64,000 bases of DNA from Ruditapes philippinarum (lineage: Eukaryota), in the NCBI RefSeq assembly GCF_026571515.1, contig NW_026861111.1, forward strand, positions 1 to 64,000, written 5' to 3'. The position numbers were made by a program, and so were the translations under genes. Of the stretch, positions 14,601 through 28,585 are shown piece by piece (the first letter of the stretch is position 1; each line of letters opens with the position of its first letter). A model generated the notes under the pieces. The model made no database searches and was not told the DNA's origin. It saw nothing but the letters and a program-made list of their open reading frames with translations.

Positions 14601-16862
14601 TCATGTCTAGCACAGATTGCCGGGGTCACAAGCAAATCAAAACCTAAGAGCATCTGTTGCTTAATGGGGGCAAAATACATATTGACCTTGTACCACTGGT
14701 GACCAACCTTTAACTGAACCGGACCGGCTACAAAGGCTGCCATAGACAATTCCCTGCCAGCCGTTTGCAGCTTGACATCCCTTAGCTTGGAGGGCTTGTG
14801 CTTCAGTGAATTGTAGACATAATCAGAAATGATGGTCACCTGGGCAGCTGTAACTCGTAGCTCGTACATTCCCTACTTGAACCCTCATGGTAAACTGGGA
14901 AAAGAATTGACCTGACATACAACAATAGGGTCTGGTTCGACTCCCCCATGCTTACTTGGCTGACGTGTGGAGCCAACCGAGATTTTTTAACAGTACAGGT
15001 CTTGTCTGCAGATAGGGACGGAAAATGACCTACTTTTTCACCGTCCCTTTCTAGTTTAACGACTTCTGGCTGTCGTTAAGCTTATGGCAATTTCTTTTAA
15101 AATGCTCAGAATTCGCCACAATTGTAGCACTCGGCTGGTCTGAGTGGTTGGGACAATTCTGACAAAAAAGGGTTTACTTAAATCATCAGTTGACATAGGC
15201 TCTGCCTGCTTCCGTGATGGCTGGGACGCAACAGAAAAACCCTTTTCGGGTTTCTTCTGGTCACTGTACATGGCTGCATAAACCTGCTGGTACTGGCGTA
15301 CCATTTGTATGTTTGCATGCACGGACTCCGGTTGTTGCATGGAAACATGGTGACCCGCTTCTTTGTCAACCATACCCTAACAGAATATGTTCACCGTTTT
15401 GTTAGTGACAGACTCCTCTGGCAGCTTCTTCAAAGCTCTGTAACCAAGAGTGAGCACTCGGTCAACCCATTCATCTAAGTACCCGATTGTCTCTTGTGCT
15501 GCATTCTGAAACCATACCTGTGCAGCAGCTGGTAACTCATGTTGGCCAAATTGCTTTCCAGCCATGTAGGTAAGATGACCTTCGTGTTCATGGATAAGCG
15601 CATAATACTCGAGCACTTTACCATCTAAACACCAGACGAGGCAGTGAACTTGTTCTTCATTAGTCTACTCGCCTTGTTGGACATAGCGAGTGAACTTTTA
15701 AATGAGCGGTCCCCAAGTATTCATACCATCGTATGATAAGTGTTCGGGACAGGCAGATATCAGGCTATGAACCCTAGAACGCCTATGGGCAGATGGTGCC
15801 CTATCAAACATATTGTCATCCATTCAATCACTATCCACTACCTGGTCAAAACGTATGGTACGTTAAGGTGTGGGATATAATGGTTGTGGTAAGGTTTTCG
15901 GGAGTATGGAGTTTGACATTTCGGCAGTAAAATCCGTAGGAGTCATCAACTTCAGATTTTCATTTGGAAAAATCTTAACATATATTGTGAGGGTGCAAAC
16001 AGATGACTGTTGTTGCTGCTTGTGAACGGCCAAGATATCTGTTCACCACTTTCACTATCGCTTGCTGCAATGAGCGCCTAGGCTAGGCTTGGACCCACAT
16101 AAGGTATTGCCTGTAACCCTTCCTCAGATGCAAAGTTGATGGCAACCAAGGGTCGTTGCACAACCTCTGCTTCCTGAGAAAGTATCTATGATTCTCCCTT
16201 TATATTGATTTTCTCCACGGCAACGGAACAGATACCGAGAAATTTTCAAATTAAAATATAAACTCAATATCTATCTTTTCTCCATTTATATGACAAAAGG
16301 GCTAGATAGAGTTTATCAAAATATTACAGTAACTGTACCGGTGGCAGCAGAACGAAAAGGAAATCCAAAAAATAAACAAATTCCAAAGAATGTGGTCCTT
16401 CCAGGCAACGTCTAACCTAAGCGGAATTCCTGCTTATTACGACGATTACGTAAAAAATTCTGGTTTAAATCGTTCAAGCAGATTAGCCCACTATAAACGA
16501 AAGCAAGAATTCAGGTTGCTTTTGTTCTATGAGTGCAGAATTAATTGAGGGCAAATTCGTAATCAATCGATGAATGGCGCTTTCGTTGCGTCTATCTTTC
16601 GTAACGGAATTCGTAACAAATTACTGCTGCCACCAATAGAGAACTGTCGTGATCGATTATTAAGGTATTTACAATATTAACAATCGACTTACCTTCCAAG
16701 TCTGGATCTTGGCCAAGCTAGGAATTGCCTAATTCTTCTTAGTTATTTTTGACGCTAATATACGCCTAACTGTAAAATCTAACACACTAGTTCCAGTTGG
16801 CTCGGAACATTCCGTTAACTTAATTCCGTCAACTCCTGTAACCAGTACCATACGGTACTACA
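11654..16862 (-). mobile_element. Decayed Ty3/Gypsy LTR retrotransposon inside the NLR intron, antisense to the host gene
   Basis: Two ~220-bp diverged LTRs (about 11654-11875 and 16637-16862, the right one ending ...gtactaca). PBS tggtggcagcag on the - strand at 16635-16624. Fragmented gag, protease, RT (CIDYRKMN..KDVYPLP, FSKLDANSAY, AFLDDII) and RNase H (GAELLQVQDG..VIAF, KELL, DHSSL..L, GQLGRWLE) ORFs. Confidence 0.92.
12568..15616 (-). pseudogene. Gypsy gag-pol remnants with frameshifts and stops
   Basis: ORF pieces 15377-15616 and 15056-15373 (gag-like), 14579-14869 (protease-like), 13452-13934 (RT), 12983-13504 (RNase H), 12568-12894 (post-RNase H). Confidence 0.88.
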
Positions 16863-17114
16863 CTATATTACGTCTGTTTCATAGTGCAAATTGTTCAAAA
16901 TCAAAATGTCGGCATTATTGCGTTTATACCACTAGCATAATTTATTATTATCTCTCGCTTTTTATACGTCCGTTTGAAATAATAACATTGAAACAAAGCT
17001 TTATACTAACTGTAATTTGTATTTGATGAGAAATATTTATACAGTTTTCATTCATCATCTTTTTTTAATCGATCTAATTTTTGAGTAACAACATGTTTTT
17101 ATTATATTTTTAAG

Positions 17115-19291
17115 AGCTGAAAGATGGTTTGATAACATTCTACAAAAGAAGACACAGCACAATTTTCCTGTCGCCTCTTTTTGAACAGAAAGACACTCCC
17201 TTGGCTTCTTTTTATATCAGACCGGATCTGATCTCAATAGACTCAACACCGACGAAAAATGAGGACAGATTACCAGTAAAATCATTGTCGGAGATTTTTA
17301 AAACTGAAAATAAGCAAAATCTAGAAATATATGTAATCGCTGATGCTGGAATCGGAAAAACTGCATTTTCAAAGTATCTAGCTACCGTTTGGTGTCAAGC
17401 TCATTGCCAAGACGAAGACATGAATAAATTATTGTTAAAAAATGATATAGAATGTATGAATGAATTTGATTTCTTATTCCTTGTCTTATTGCGAGATTCA
17501 GACGATTTATGCTCTATAGATGAGCTCATATTTGAAAAGATTGTTTCAAATTTGGGTCTGAAAGAAACCTTTTCCAAAGATGCCCTGCTTGAAATTTTAT
17601 ATAATGAGAAATGCATCGTTATACTTGATGGACTGGATGAATGGACTCACCCCGACAAGAAAAGTGACAAGAAATGTTACAGATCGCCAAAATCGATCCC
17701 CCACAAGAATGTACGAGAAAAGTGTACAATACTGACTACCACACGACCATGGAAATTAGGTGTTTTGGGTCTAGACTCGTGTCAATTAGGAAAAAGGGTA
17801 GAACTTACAAAACTAAGTTACGATTCAGCAGTTACACTTACAGAAAGGGTATTACAAAGATGGAAGTCTTCCCGGAATAAGGATGCCTTACAAAGTGACG
17901 TAACACAGTTCATAAAAACAATCAGTAGGAGACACAACGCCGAGCTTGCTTTTGTACCTCTGCTTTTAATATATATAACTTGTTTATGGTGTAATGGTGT
18001 TCAAATAGGAAGTTCAAAATGTGATATCTTTATAAATATAGTCGAGCTTCTTTTATCGAGAACGATTATGGTCCACGGGGAACTTCAACAATCGCGGGAA
18101 CTTCCGTCCAGTGACATCCCAAAATGCTTTGCTGAATATGATAACTGTAGGAAATACTACCCACTCCTGATGCATTTAGGGAAATTAGCTTATTATACGT
18201 TATTTAGTGAAACAAAAGACAATGCGCTAGTTTTTGATAGATCAGTTACTGACGAATACCTCACATTAGACCAGATGGAATTCACACTTCACTCAGGAAT
18301 GTTGTCAGAAGGAACATCTACATCATCAAGAAAAATGTTTAGTAAAGTATCGTTTTCCCACAAAACAGTTCAGGAATTCTTCGCAGCCATATTTATAAGT
18401 TCTCACAGTGACGATCAGAAAATTGTTCTAGAAAAATTCAGAAATATTCAAGACATTCTGGACATGTCAAAAATGTATGAATTTATAATTGAAATGAATG
18501 CTGACTTGATGTATGCAATATCAAATGATTTGATGTCAGTCATAAATAAGGACCAGAAAACGCGCGACTATAGAACTAGGGCAGGTGGCGCGCACTGGTA
18601 CAATAATCCATTGCATAACATACAGGAAATGTTCATGTCCTGTTTACACGAAATGCCTGAAAGTGAAAATATCCAATTATGTTTACAAGATTTCTTCATT
18701 GACTACGACATAGTGAGCAGTAAGCAGTTACAACGTTTGTTAAAACAAAATAAAAACAACATAAAATCACTTTATATAGACATCAAATATTCTACCAGAA
18801 GTTTACCTGAAATTATAGATTTATTCTCTCTCACAGATCTCATTCATATACAGAAACTTGACTATCGTGGTGACGTGGGGACGGAGGCTGAGATAAATCA
18901 GATATTGTTTCCCAGTTTGCAGGCCGTATCTTTGCGGTATGGTAAATGGACAAATGGTGAAGAAAATCTGAGTCAAAATTTGTCACGAGTACAAAACTTA
19001 CAATATTTACATATTGACCAATTCAAGTTATCTCACAAAATACTGGAAACATTATTCAATTTTATCTGCGGTCAAAAATCAATGAAAGAGTTAACATTGG
19101 ACTGGTTAGACTGTAAAGAACATGGCCGCCGTCGTGATTGTGAGAGATGGAACTTGGACTTGTCTCAACATTCAACTCTATCAAAGTTACACTTGCAGGT
19201 GTTACCTGGGAGGCTACAATTAAATATATCAACACCACCATTAGTTAATGTTAAGTTATGGAGAATCAATCTAGATGAAAGTTCATTGTAA
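17115..19291 (+). CDS. NLR-like NACHT NTPase, large exon (NACHT-WH-HD2-LRR-like), ending at a premature stop
   Basis: Acceptor ttttaag|agctg gives (E)LKDGLITFYKRRH. Walker A IADAGIGKT, Walker B IVILDGLDEW, ILTTTRP, VPLLL, WH motif FSHKTVQEFFAA, and LxxLxL repeats (LQYLHID, MKELTLD, LSKLHLQ). Confidence 0.93.
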
Positions 19292-19562
19292 CTGTCACGT
19301 GACAAGTGTGAAGTTGAGGGAGATAGAGATATCTGCAGGAAGTTTACAGAACTTTATTACCGTGCTGGAAAATCTGCCGCAGTCAGTAACAGTAAAGATA
19401 CACGACATTTAACCGAAAACAGAATATGAAATTGTTACAGAAAATATTCGGTGTTCACAAACTTTTCATGTGATACAAGACAACGACTACTCCTGGCGGC
19501 AGGTGATCGAGTTCAAAACAAAATCAAAGTACAAAAGGCACTGCAGTTGGGATGTACTTTAG
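19292..19562 (+). pseudogene. Disrupted C-terminal continuation of the NLR reading frame
   Basis: After TAA the frame reads LSRD. A shifted frame then reads VKLREIEISAGSLQNFITVLENLPQSVTVKIHDI*PKTEYEIVTENIRCSQTFHVIQDNDYSWRQVIEFKTKSK..., which is coding-like, with a second stop. Confidence 0.7.
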
Positions 19563-19617
19563 GATACATGTAATGTAGGTCCATCACAAACTGTTATTGG
19601 CCCTTTTTGACAAGAGA

Positions 19618-20720
19618 AACAAGTGAATTAAGGAAACTGCAAGCTCGACTTTTTAACAAATGGCATAATAAAGGGAGACAAAACTGTCAAAAAAAAATCA
19701 ATTATGATATAAATATATTTCTGTATCAGTATTAAGAAAACACTGAAATGGTCAATATTTTTACATCACATTATATGAATGTGGCCATGTCATTAAAACT
19801 TATGATGGCTTTTGTACACTGCACTTTTCATGCTAATCTCTTTCAGTGTATAAAGTTTCAAATTCCTTCAATATTTTACTCCTTTCTCTGAAAAAGTATC
19901 ATGAAATAATATAAACATAGATAATAAAAACTAAGTGGTGTAGAATTTTGGTTATTTGACAAAGCATTTCTGCTCTTTACTCTCTACAACTGTTTTTAGT
20001 TTGAGTGAGATATCATTGAAAAGATATACTCCAGACAACCAATATGTTAAATTTTGATGCATTATAAAGATGATAATTGTAAAATTAAGCTAGGAAAAAT
20101 GATGGTTCTTTGAAACTGCACTTCCTTTCACTTGAACGTTTCGCTGTGTAAAATCTTAATCAAATTCCATCAACTCTTTTCAAGTATTTCTCTGGACAAG
20201 CATTATTAAGTACATGTATTATAAAGGGAGATAATTAAAAAAAAACTAGGAAATGTAGTTATGATTCTTTGCCACTTTGACATATTCGAGTCTGTACAAC
20301 TGGGTGTTGTTTCAGTGATAGTTTGGAAGTAAAACTCCAAAAAAAACTTATTAACTTAAGGGAGATAATAAAAACATTAAGCAATGTAGAGTTATGTTTC
20401 TTAAACACTGCACTTCCTCTCAAAAGTCTCTATCACTTTGTGAAGTTTACATAAAATTCCTTCAATACTTATACATTTATATTCATATTCTGGACAAGTG
20501 TGTGAAGGACGGACGTCTTCCTAAGTTATAATGTGTTGTTTTTTTTTAATCATCTAAAATCTCAAAAACACGAAACCTTTTTTCCTCCCATGAGCAACCT
20601 TTTCCACCACAAGTACAAGTCTGTACGAAATAAACACGGATATTTATCCATAATATTTCTTGAGTCCATACAGACAGATGATTAAGGCAGCAACTTTATT
20701 ATCTCCCTTTTAGGAGCATA
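19618..20720 (-). mobile_element. Degenerate Helentron-type element with tandem core repeats
   Basis: Repeated cores aagggagataat...actgcacttcct...aaattccttcaa...ctggacaag, ggacggac/cagacaga microsatellite remnants, aacaag terminus. Confidence 0.6.
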
Positions 20721-23062
20721 CATTATAATAATATGCTTAATTTCCATATGGTTCTATATCAGATACCATTATGATGAACCTTCCTTTTGTACCTTTTGAG
20801 TAATATCAGAGTTCAGATTTCATTGACATACAGAAAGGGGTCAGCTTTTAGTAAAAACAGAAGGGGACTATTGACAACAATTTATTCTAGTTTCAATTCT
20901 CAGGTTTATAACTTATAACTTTTCCTTAAATAAACATTACATAATATTTTAATAAATTGGAATGTGCAGTCATTTGTTACTCAGGTCCCAGGAGCTTCAA
21001 TTCATGGACGCTTTTGGGGAAATCAGTCAAAATATCACCATTGATTTAATTTATCACTACCAAGTAAGTGTGATGGTTTTGTTTGAAGCCAAAACAGCTA
21101 GATTTAACATTTTACTTCAACGCAATGTTCTTGACTTGCCCTTTACTATTGACAGGGGATTCAACTGAAGTGCTAACTCTACCCCTCCAAAATCGTCCAA
21201 CTAGTCCCAGGTGTTCAAGGTTGAACAGTTATTTAGCCAATACAGTTATGATCACACGCACTGTACTGTACTACATCTGGATTCCCACAGACTGTGATGC
21301 TAATCTTCATTTGCTTGAAAGTGACACATGGCCACCTTAAAATGCATTAACAATTATATGAAGTTCAATAATTTGCAAAAATGCTTATCTTATTTGTCTG
21401 TTCTTACATTTATAATGCAGAGCACTAGATTTATGTGTCTGTCATACAAAATGACTTTCAATAACACTTTTTAAATGTATTTGAAATACAATTTCTTTCA
21501 TAAATACTCATAGTAATACTAAATTACTTTTTGTGATATTTTTCCTGTCACATAGGTTCAGACTGTTAGACCCCATACAATTTAAAGGTATAATTAATTA
21601 TTGGCTACAGTTGTAAATAATGAATTGTAAATAATGGTTAGTTTAATAACCAATATGAATGTTTCAAAGAGTATCCCTTCAGACTTTAAAAACATCCCGT
21701 CAATTAAGTAGATCTTAGCAACTGTGGCACACTAAGCAGAAAAATGGTCAATCAAAGGGTAGGGAAACATTTTAATACATATTTAAATCATTTGGTGAAG
21801 AAACAATCACTTCACATTTGTGCTATGCTATTGAATGTTTCATTTGTTACAATCTTGAATAATCAAAATGTAAACAATGTTCTGTACTGTCAATTTTGCA
21901 TACATATTGAGGTCTTGTTCAAGGCAACAAAACTATATTGTAAATTTTGCAGTTCCTTGTAATGCCCTGTAGGATTGATTTGTTCCTCCTTAAACCATCA
22001 TACTATGATATTTTATGTAAGTCATCATTTTCAGCAAAGGAAAAAGACTGTCATAGGCAGTATCTTAATGCCAATTGACAGAAATATTTGAAGTATATTC
22101 TTAACTAACACTATAATTATCTGTGAGCATGCACTGACACTCTTTTATGTAAGGCTGTACTATATATGAACAAGACTTGGACTATTTTAGTATGTAGATT
22201 TGAAATGCGAACTAAAAAATTCAGTTTCAAGCCTTTTCCTAGACATTTTGTGTTTTTGAACATCATATGTTTGGTACAATATTGGAATGGAATGAAGCAA
22301 AATTGTCAGCTTTGATAACGGGAATTTCGACTCGATTATGGTTTTTGGAAAAAATAAGCAAATGTGCCACTACGAATGGGTCTGGTAATCTGGCCCGTGG
22401 TGACACTGGTAAAAAGGCATATGTTTTCATGAATAATGTTTTGAGAACAGTTTGATTTGTGAATTATACATCAAATATTATACAAGAACATGCTGTTCGA
22501 AAAAATCTTCTTGTCTTTCTTTAATCTTATCCTTTTTTTCTAGCTTCATGTATGTACTAGCCTTTCCAAGTGAATATTAGAATAAATGATCTTTTATTTC
22601 CCTGAAAATATCAATTAAGAGATTTCATCTTCAAAATTATATAATACTACTCTTAGTGAGTGTATATACACAATGTATATATAATATGATTGTGTACAAC
22701 ATGTCATCACATAAAATTTGAAATAATATATAATATAAATAATTGAAATATATAATAATATTTCTTTATATTACTCAACAATATTACCACTTAAATAGGA
22801 AATGTTCTTATCATTTTATTTTGATATTACATGTATATTAGTGAATAAAATGTGAATATCACTATTATCAAAAATTGTTTAATTTCTTATTAACACTGAT
22901 TAAATTACAACCCCGTAAATATTACACCAGGTATAGATCATTTCCAACAGCCTTGCTGTTGTGATGACCTTTCCGCCACATGGTTGTGTGTCGGCCATGT
23001 AATCAAGAGGTCTGGGGTTCAAATCCCTTTCAGTGACTGAAGATTTTTCAATAATCATGGTG

Positions 23063-23800
23063 TCAGTGATTTTTTTTTTCAATTTTCAAACAACCTGTGG
23101 CTTTCTGGAGGAGAAAATATAGCGTGATAAATCAGAAAAGGGAAAAATCAAATTCCAACCACTGAGAATGGAATTTACCCATACATTTAAAAAACATCAA
23201 ATCTAATTCAACTAGAATTGATGGACTCCACTGATGTATTTTGACATGATGGGACTGAAAATATTTTTTCATGATAGACGTACCATTTGATGTAGGTTAA
23301 GACTACTAATCTGTGTGCAAAAATTCAGATCATTCCCGCACTTCGTTCTTCCAGAATAATTATTCAAATTGTAAAAAATGACCCAAATGAAAAGCGTTTA
23401 AACGCTTTTCTCTCAAATTGGGCTAAAAATGCATAAAAATACGATTTTGTATTTACTTCAAAGAATATTTCTTAACTATCTTTGTATATATTGTTGTTAA
23501 AGTGCCCCAGCTCATTAATGTAAGAAATACAAATGTTATGTTTTTAGGCCTTGAAACCTCAGTGGAGTTCCTATAACATGCATAGTACTAGCAGAGGCTA
23601 TCAGACAGCTTTCGTCTGTCTTCTAGCTGATATAAGTCAGCTGATGTTAAGTCATCTTTCTGATGAAGAATGTGCACAGGGGTTTGAGGGGAAAATATTA
23701 GCATTTTTAGGGGAAAATATACATATTTGGGCTAGGGGAAACAGCCCCTACAGGGAAAAAAACTGGGTGGTGAGGGTAAAATGAAAAAAAATGATAATAC
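23063..23800. mobile_element. MITE of the same family as 55652-55990, interrupted by a second MITE at about 23223-23571
   Basis: Both halves match the reverse complement of 55652-55990. The insert has ggactccactga...tcagtggagttcc ends and matches 43408-43590. Confidence 0.6.
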
Positions 23801-25359
23801 TGTTCGTTTGTCATTTGTGGGTATGAAGAATCAATTAGCAATCAATAAGAGTTTAGTCAGAAATAATAGGACATTGCTTCTAGCTTGTCCTCTAATGCCT
23901 CAATTATACAAGGCCTGCAGTATTTGCAGGGGCTTAACTAAACGGCTAAACAGCTGATAATGAGTGTTAAATCACATTTTTATTATTTCATAGAATCCCT
24001 TTATTCATTGAATTACTTAATGTATAAACATGCAAGATAAAAATAAAATTATATAGGTAGGCGTATAATTTGTAAAATTGGTCGGTTTTGCAGTCCAAAC
24101 AATTGAGACTAGGCCAGGGTCGAATTGTCTTGGGGACGAAATGGCTCGAATTTTCTCAAATTACTTCGATATTATTAACGAAAGTTTTAGTCCTCGGAAA
24201 CGAATTGACATCAATAAATAGACTTATTAATATTATTCATCAAATCCATAATATATATTGCTTTAAAACTTAACTTATGGGCTAAACAAGTAGGTCATAA
24301 AGTAAACCGGAAATTGTCGGATTTATCTAATTATAGGCTATTTCAGAGACATAGATTATCTACGTATCTGGCTAATTCTATTTTAATATTCACTTTGCAA
24401 CTATAAACATTTTTTTTTTCGATAAAAATTGTCTTTTTAAAAAAATTCTGGAATATCATAGAAAAAATATGATGATAAGGTACGAATGAGTAAGTTGAAT
24501 ATTGCGAGCCGTCAATTCATAAAATAATTATGACCCCAATTACTATCTCCATTCATAGAAGTACTCGACTTTTCAAATTATATCCGTTACATTTCTTATA
24601 CCGTAATTTAAGCTATATTGCACATGATTTTCAAAAAATAAATTTCTTATCTCCTCTTCTATTCGCAATAAATCAAAGTTTTCAGAAATACAGAGCACTA
24701 TATTCACTCGCGTCGGTCATGATCGGTTGATCACTATGAATTCAACTTCCTTGAAAAATGTAGGAATACAATAAATCATATATAGTGGTGATGAAACGTC
24801 ACTGCAGTGGGCGTTACCCTGTATGGTTGGAAATTTCGGGTTTGTAAGTACATTAGTTTGGACTACGTCCAAACTAAAATCTAAGTAAATAATAAACAAA
24901 GGAAAAAAATTGTAAAATAAAGTGAAGAAATTACTTTTAATTACTTTTAAATAAAAACAATTTAAATATTGACTCTTAAAAACAGCATGGCCACTTTTTC
25001 AACGTTATATGTACTGTATAGCCCGGTCATTTGATCTACAAAATTAAATGACAGTTGTTTATAAAGAAATAAAACATATTAAGAGGAGAAATAATTCAAG
25101 GAAGATTTTTACTGGAACTAAATGGATAACTTGGAATTAGGATTTGGAAATATTTCACAGGTAAGAGATTTTTTATTGAATTATTTATATGCTTTTTTAA
25201 ATAAATTATAATATGACATTTTCTCTTGATAAATAAAAAACAACTTTATATAATAATTAATACATTCACTTTTAATATTTTCCATAAATGTTTGCTTCTT
25301 AAAATAGATTTTATAGTTAAAATAAAACCTTAAATTAACTCAGTCAATTGTGACACATG

Positions 25360-27225
25360 AATGTATGAAAACTTGTTTAATAACTACCACCCTCAAATAT
25401 TTTCAAAGTTCATTGACATATGGCTTTGATACTTTGCAAACTTGCTCACTATCATGCTCCAACCATGTTGACAGGGAGGTAACCCTATTAAGAATTTTGA
25501 CAGCATTATGCCCCTTTTTCAACTTAAAATTTATGTTAAAGTTTGCGTACCAAGTCAAATATTTTCAAAGTCAATTGACATATGACTTTGAAACGTTGCA
25601 CACTTGTTAACCATTATACCCCCAACCTAAAGGCAGGAGGAGGTTACTCTATTTAAGTATATTGACAGAATTATGCCCCTTTTTCGACTTAGAATAAGTG
25701 TTCAAGTTTGCAAACCACCTTAAATATTTTCAAAGTCCATTGACATATGGCTTTGAAACGTTGCACACTTGTTCACCATTATGCATTCAACCTCTTGACA
25801 GGAAAAGGTAACCCTATTTAGTATTTGGACTGATTTATGCCCCTTTTTCGACTTAGAATTTATGTTAAAGTTTGCATACCACCTCCAATATTTTCAAAGT
25901 CCATCAACATATCGCTTTGTTACTTTGCACACTTTCCCACCACCATGCTCCCAACATGTAGACAGGAGGAGGTAACCCTATTAAACATTTTGACAGAATA
26001 ATGCCCCTTTTTCAACATAAAATTTATGTTGAAGTTTGCATACCGCCTCAGATTTTTTCAAAGTCCATTGACATATGGCTTTGAAACTTTGCACACCTCT
26101 TAACGATCATGCCCCAAACCTTAAGGCAGGTGGGAGTAACTCTTTTACTTATTTTGACAGAATTAAGTCCCTTTTTACTTACAATTTATGTTAAAGTTTG
26201 CGTATCACCTCAAATATTTTCAAAATATATTAGCACATAGATAGCTTTGAAACTCTGCACACTTTTTCACCATCATGCCCCCAGCAAGTATACAAGAGGA
26301 TGTAAATCTATCAAGCACTTTGACATATTTTCCCCTATTTAGCTCGACTATTCGATAAGAATAAGTAGAGTTATTGTAGTCACCCGAACGGCGGCGTCGG
26401 TGTCAGCGTAAGCGTAACCACTAGTGTTAAAAATTTTGTAATACCTCAAATATTTTCAAAGTTAATTGACATATGGCTTTGAAACTTTGCACACTTGTTT
26501 TCCATCAGGACCGCAGCCTGTAGACAGGAGATATTAACTCTATTATGTATTTTGACAGAATTATGCCCTTTTTCGACTAAGAATGTATGTTAAAGTTTGC
26601 AAACCACCTCAAATATTTTCAAAAGACATTAAGTTATGGCTTTGAAACTTTGCACACTTGTTCACCATCATGACCCCAACCTGTTGACAGGAGGAGGTAA
26701 CTGTATCAAGCATTTTGACAGAATTATGCCCCATTTTCTACTTAGAATTTATGTTTAAGTTTGCAAACCACCTCAAATATTTTCAAAAGACATTAATTTA
26801 TGGCTTTGAAACTTTGCACACTTGTTCACCATCATGACCCCAACCTGTTGACAGGAGGAGGTAACTGTATCAAGCATTTTGACAGAATTATGCCCCATTT
26901 TCGACTTAGAATTTATGTTAAAGTTTGCAAACCACCTCAAATATTTTCAAAAGACATTAATTAATGGCTTTGAAACTTTTCACACTTGTTCACCATCATG
27001 ATCTAGCCTGTTGACAGGAGGAGGTAACTGTATCAAGCATTTTGACAGAATTATGCACCTTTTTTTACTTAGAATTTACGTTAATGTTTTCGTTACACCT
27101 CAAATATTTTCAAAGTCCATTGACATATGACTTTGAAATTTAAACAATTGTTCATCATGATGACTCCAACCTGTAGATAGGAGGAAGTAACTTTATGAAA
27201 CATTTGGCAGAATAATGCCCCTTTT
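25360..27225 (+). repeat. ~164-bp tandem array (Helentron core satellite) with an element head at about 26338
   Basis: aaaccacctcaaatattttcaaa recurs at 26601, 26765 and 26929. The head tttagctcgactattc...ggcggcgtcggtgtcagcg lies at 26338-26420. Confidence 0.85.
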
Positions 27226-27900
27226 TAGCTCACCTGAGCTTGCTCAGGATGCTTATCTAGTTAATAGCTCGGATGAGTTCGAACATGGGTCATCTCGGAT
27301 AAATACTAGGTCACAGGAGCTAAAAATAGAAAAACCTTGTTAACACTCTATAGGTCACATTTTGCCTCATTCATCATCAAACTTTGTCAGGATGCTTGTC
27401 TAGTTAATAGCTGGGATGAGTCCGAACATGGTTCATCTCGGATGAAGAACTAGGTCACCGTAGCTAAAATAGAAAAACCTTGTTAACACTCTAGCTGTCA
27501 CATTTTTGCCTCAATCAGCCTCAAACTTGGTCAGGATGCTTATCTAGTTAATAGCTCGGACGAGTTCGAACATATGTTATCTCTGATGAAAATTAGGTCA
27601 CCGGAGCTAAAAACAGAAAAACCTTGTTAACACTCTAGCGGTCACATTCTTGCCTCGATCATCATCAAATTTGGAGGATGCTTGTCTAGGTGATAGCTCA
27701 GATGAGTGTCAACATGGGTCATCCCGGATGAAAAACTCGGTCACCGGAGCTAAAAATAGAAAAACCTTGTGAACACTCTAGCGGTCACATTTTTGAGTCA
27801 ATCATCATCAAACTTGGCCAGGTTGCTTGTCTAGGAGATAGCTCGGATGAGCTCGAACATGGGTCATCCCGGATGAAAAACTAGGTCACAGGATGCTTGT
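27226..27900 (+). repeat. Helentron-type element head with a ~143-bp tandem array
   Basis: Starts ttttagctcacctgagcttgctcagg; ggatgcttRtctag recurs at 27247, 27390 and 27534. Confidence 0.8.
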
Positions 27901-28585
27901 GTAGGGCCTTGGCTATGAAACTTGCTAAAGTCATTGCTCTGGGCTGGTAGGTTATTCCTTTTGATATTTGAATCAAGGGAACAAAGGTAAATGTCATATT
28001 AACCTTGTGTGTCAAAACAGTTTCAAACCAATAATATGGCAACCCATGAGCTCTCAGCCCTCAAATTCAACAGGTGTATTGGTCTTGCTAGGTAAATTAC
28101 ACTTATTGGTTTTGAGATTGCTGGGTCAAAGGTCAAGGACTCTCAAATCTCTAAAACTTCTTAGGTGTTCCTCACAAAAACATTACATTAAAATGCATGT
28201 CTTTAAAAAAGGGAGAATATATGTTTTGCTTTATACATGTCGGTTTGGGGTCACTGGGTCAAAAGTCAATGTGAAAATGACCTGACAACATGACTAATTG
28301 GCTGTTGGTAGGAGACATACTTGCTTTACAAACATCTCTTGTAAAATAGAATCTTGGCGATAATCTCAGTGAAAATATGCAAAGACAAATTGCATCATTC
28401 CAACGATTCCAGAAGGGACTAGGAGGCCCCCGTTGAAGAACTGTAATTAAATCAGTCAAAAGCATATATAAACGATTCTATCGATATTGTAATGATACTA
28501 AATATCAATGACAAATTAATACATCAAGAACAATGTATCCATATTTCACCTTCATACCTTTTTACATGATTTTCCTATGATTGAT

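Noticed and set aside
20962-21340. Two overlapping short ORFs
   Set aside because: No motif or splice support.
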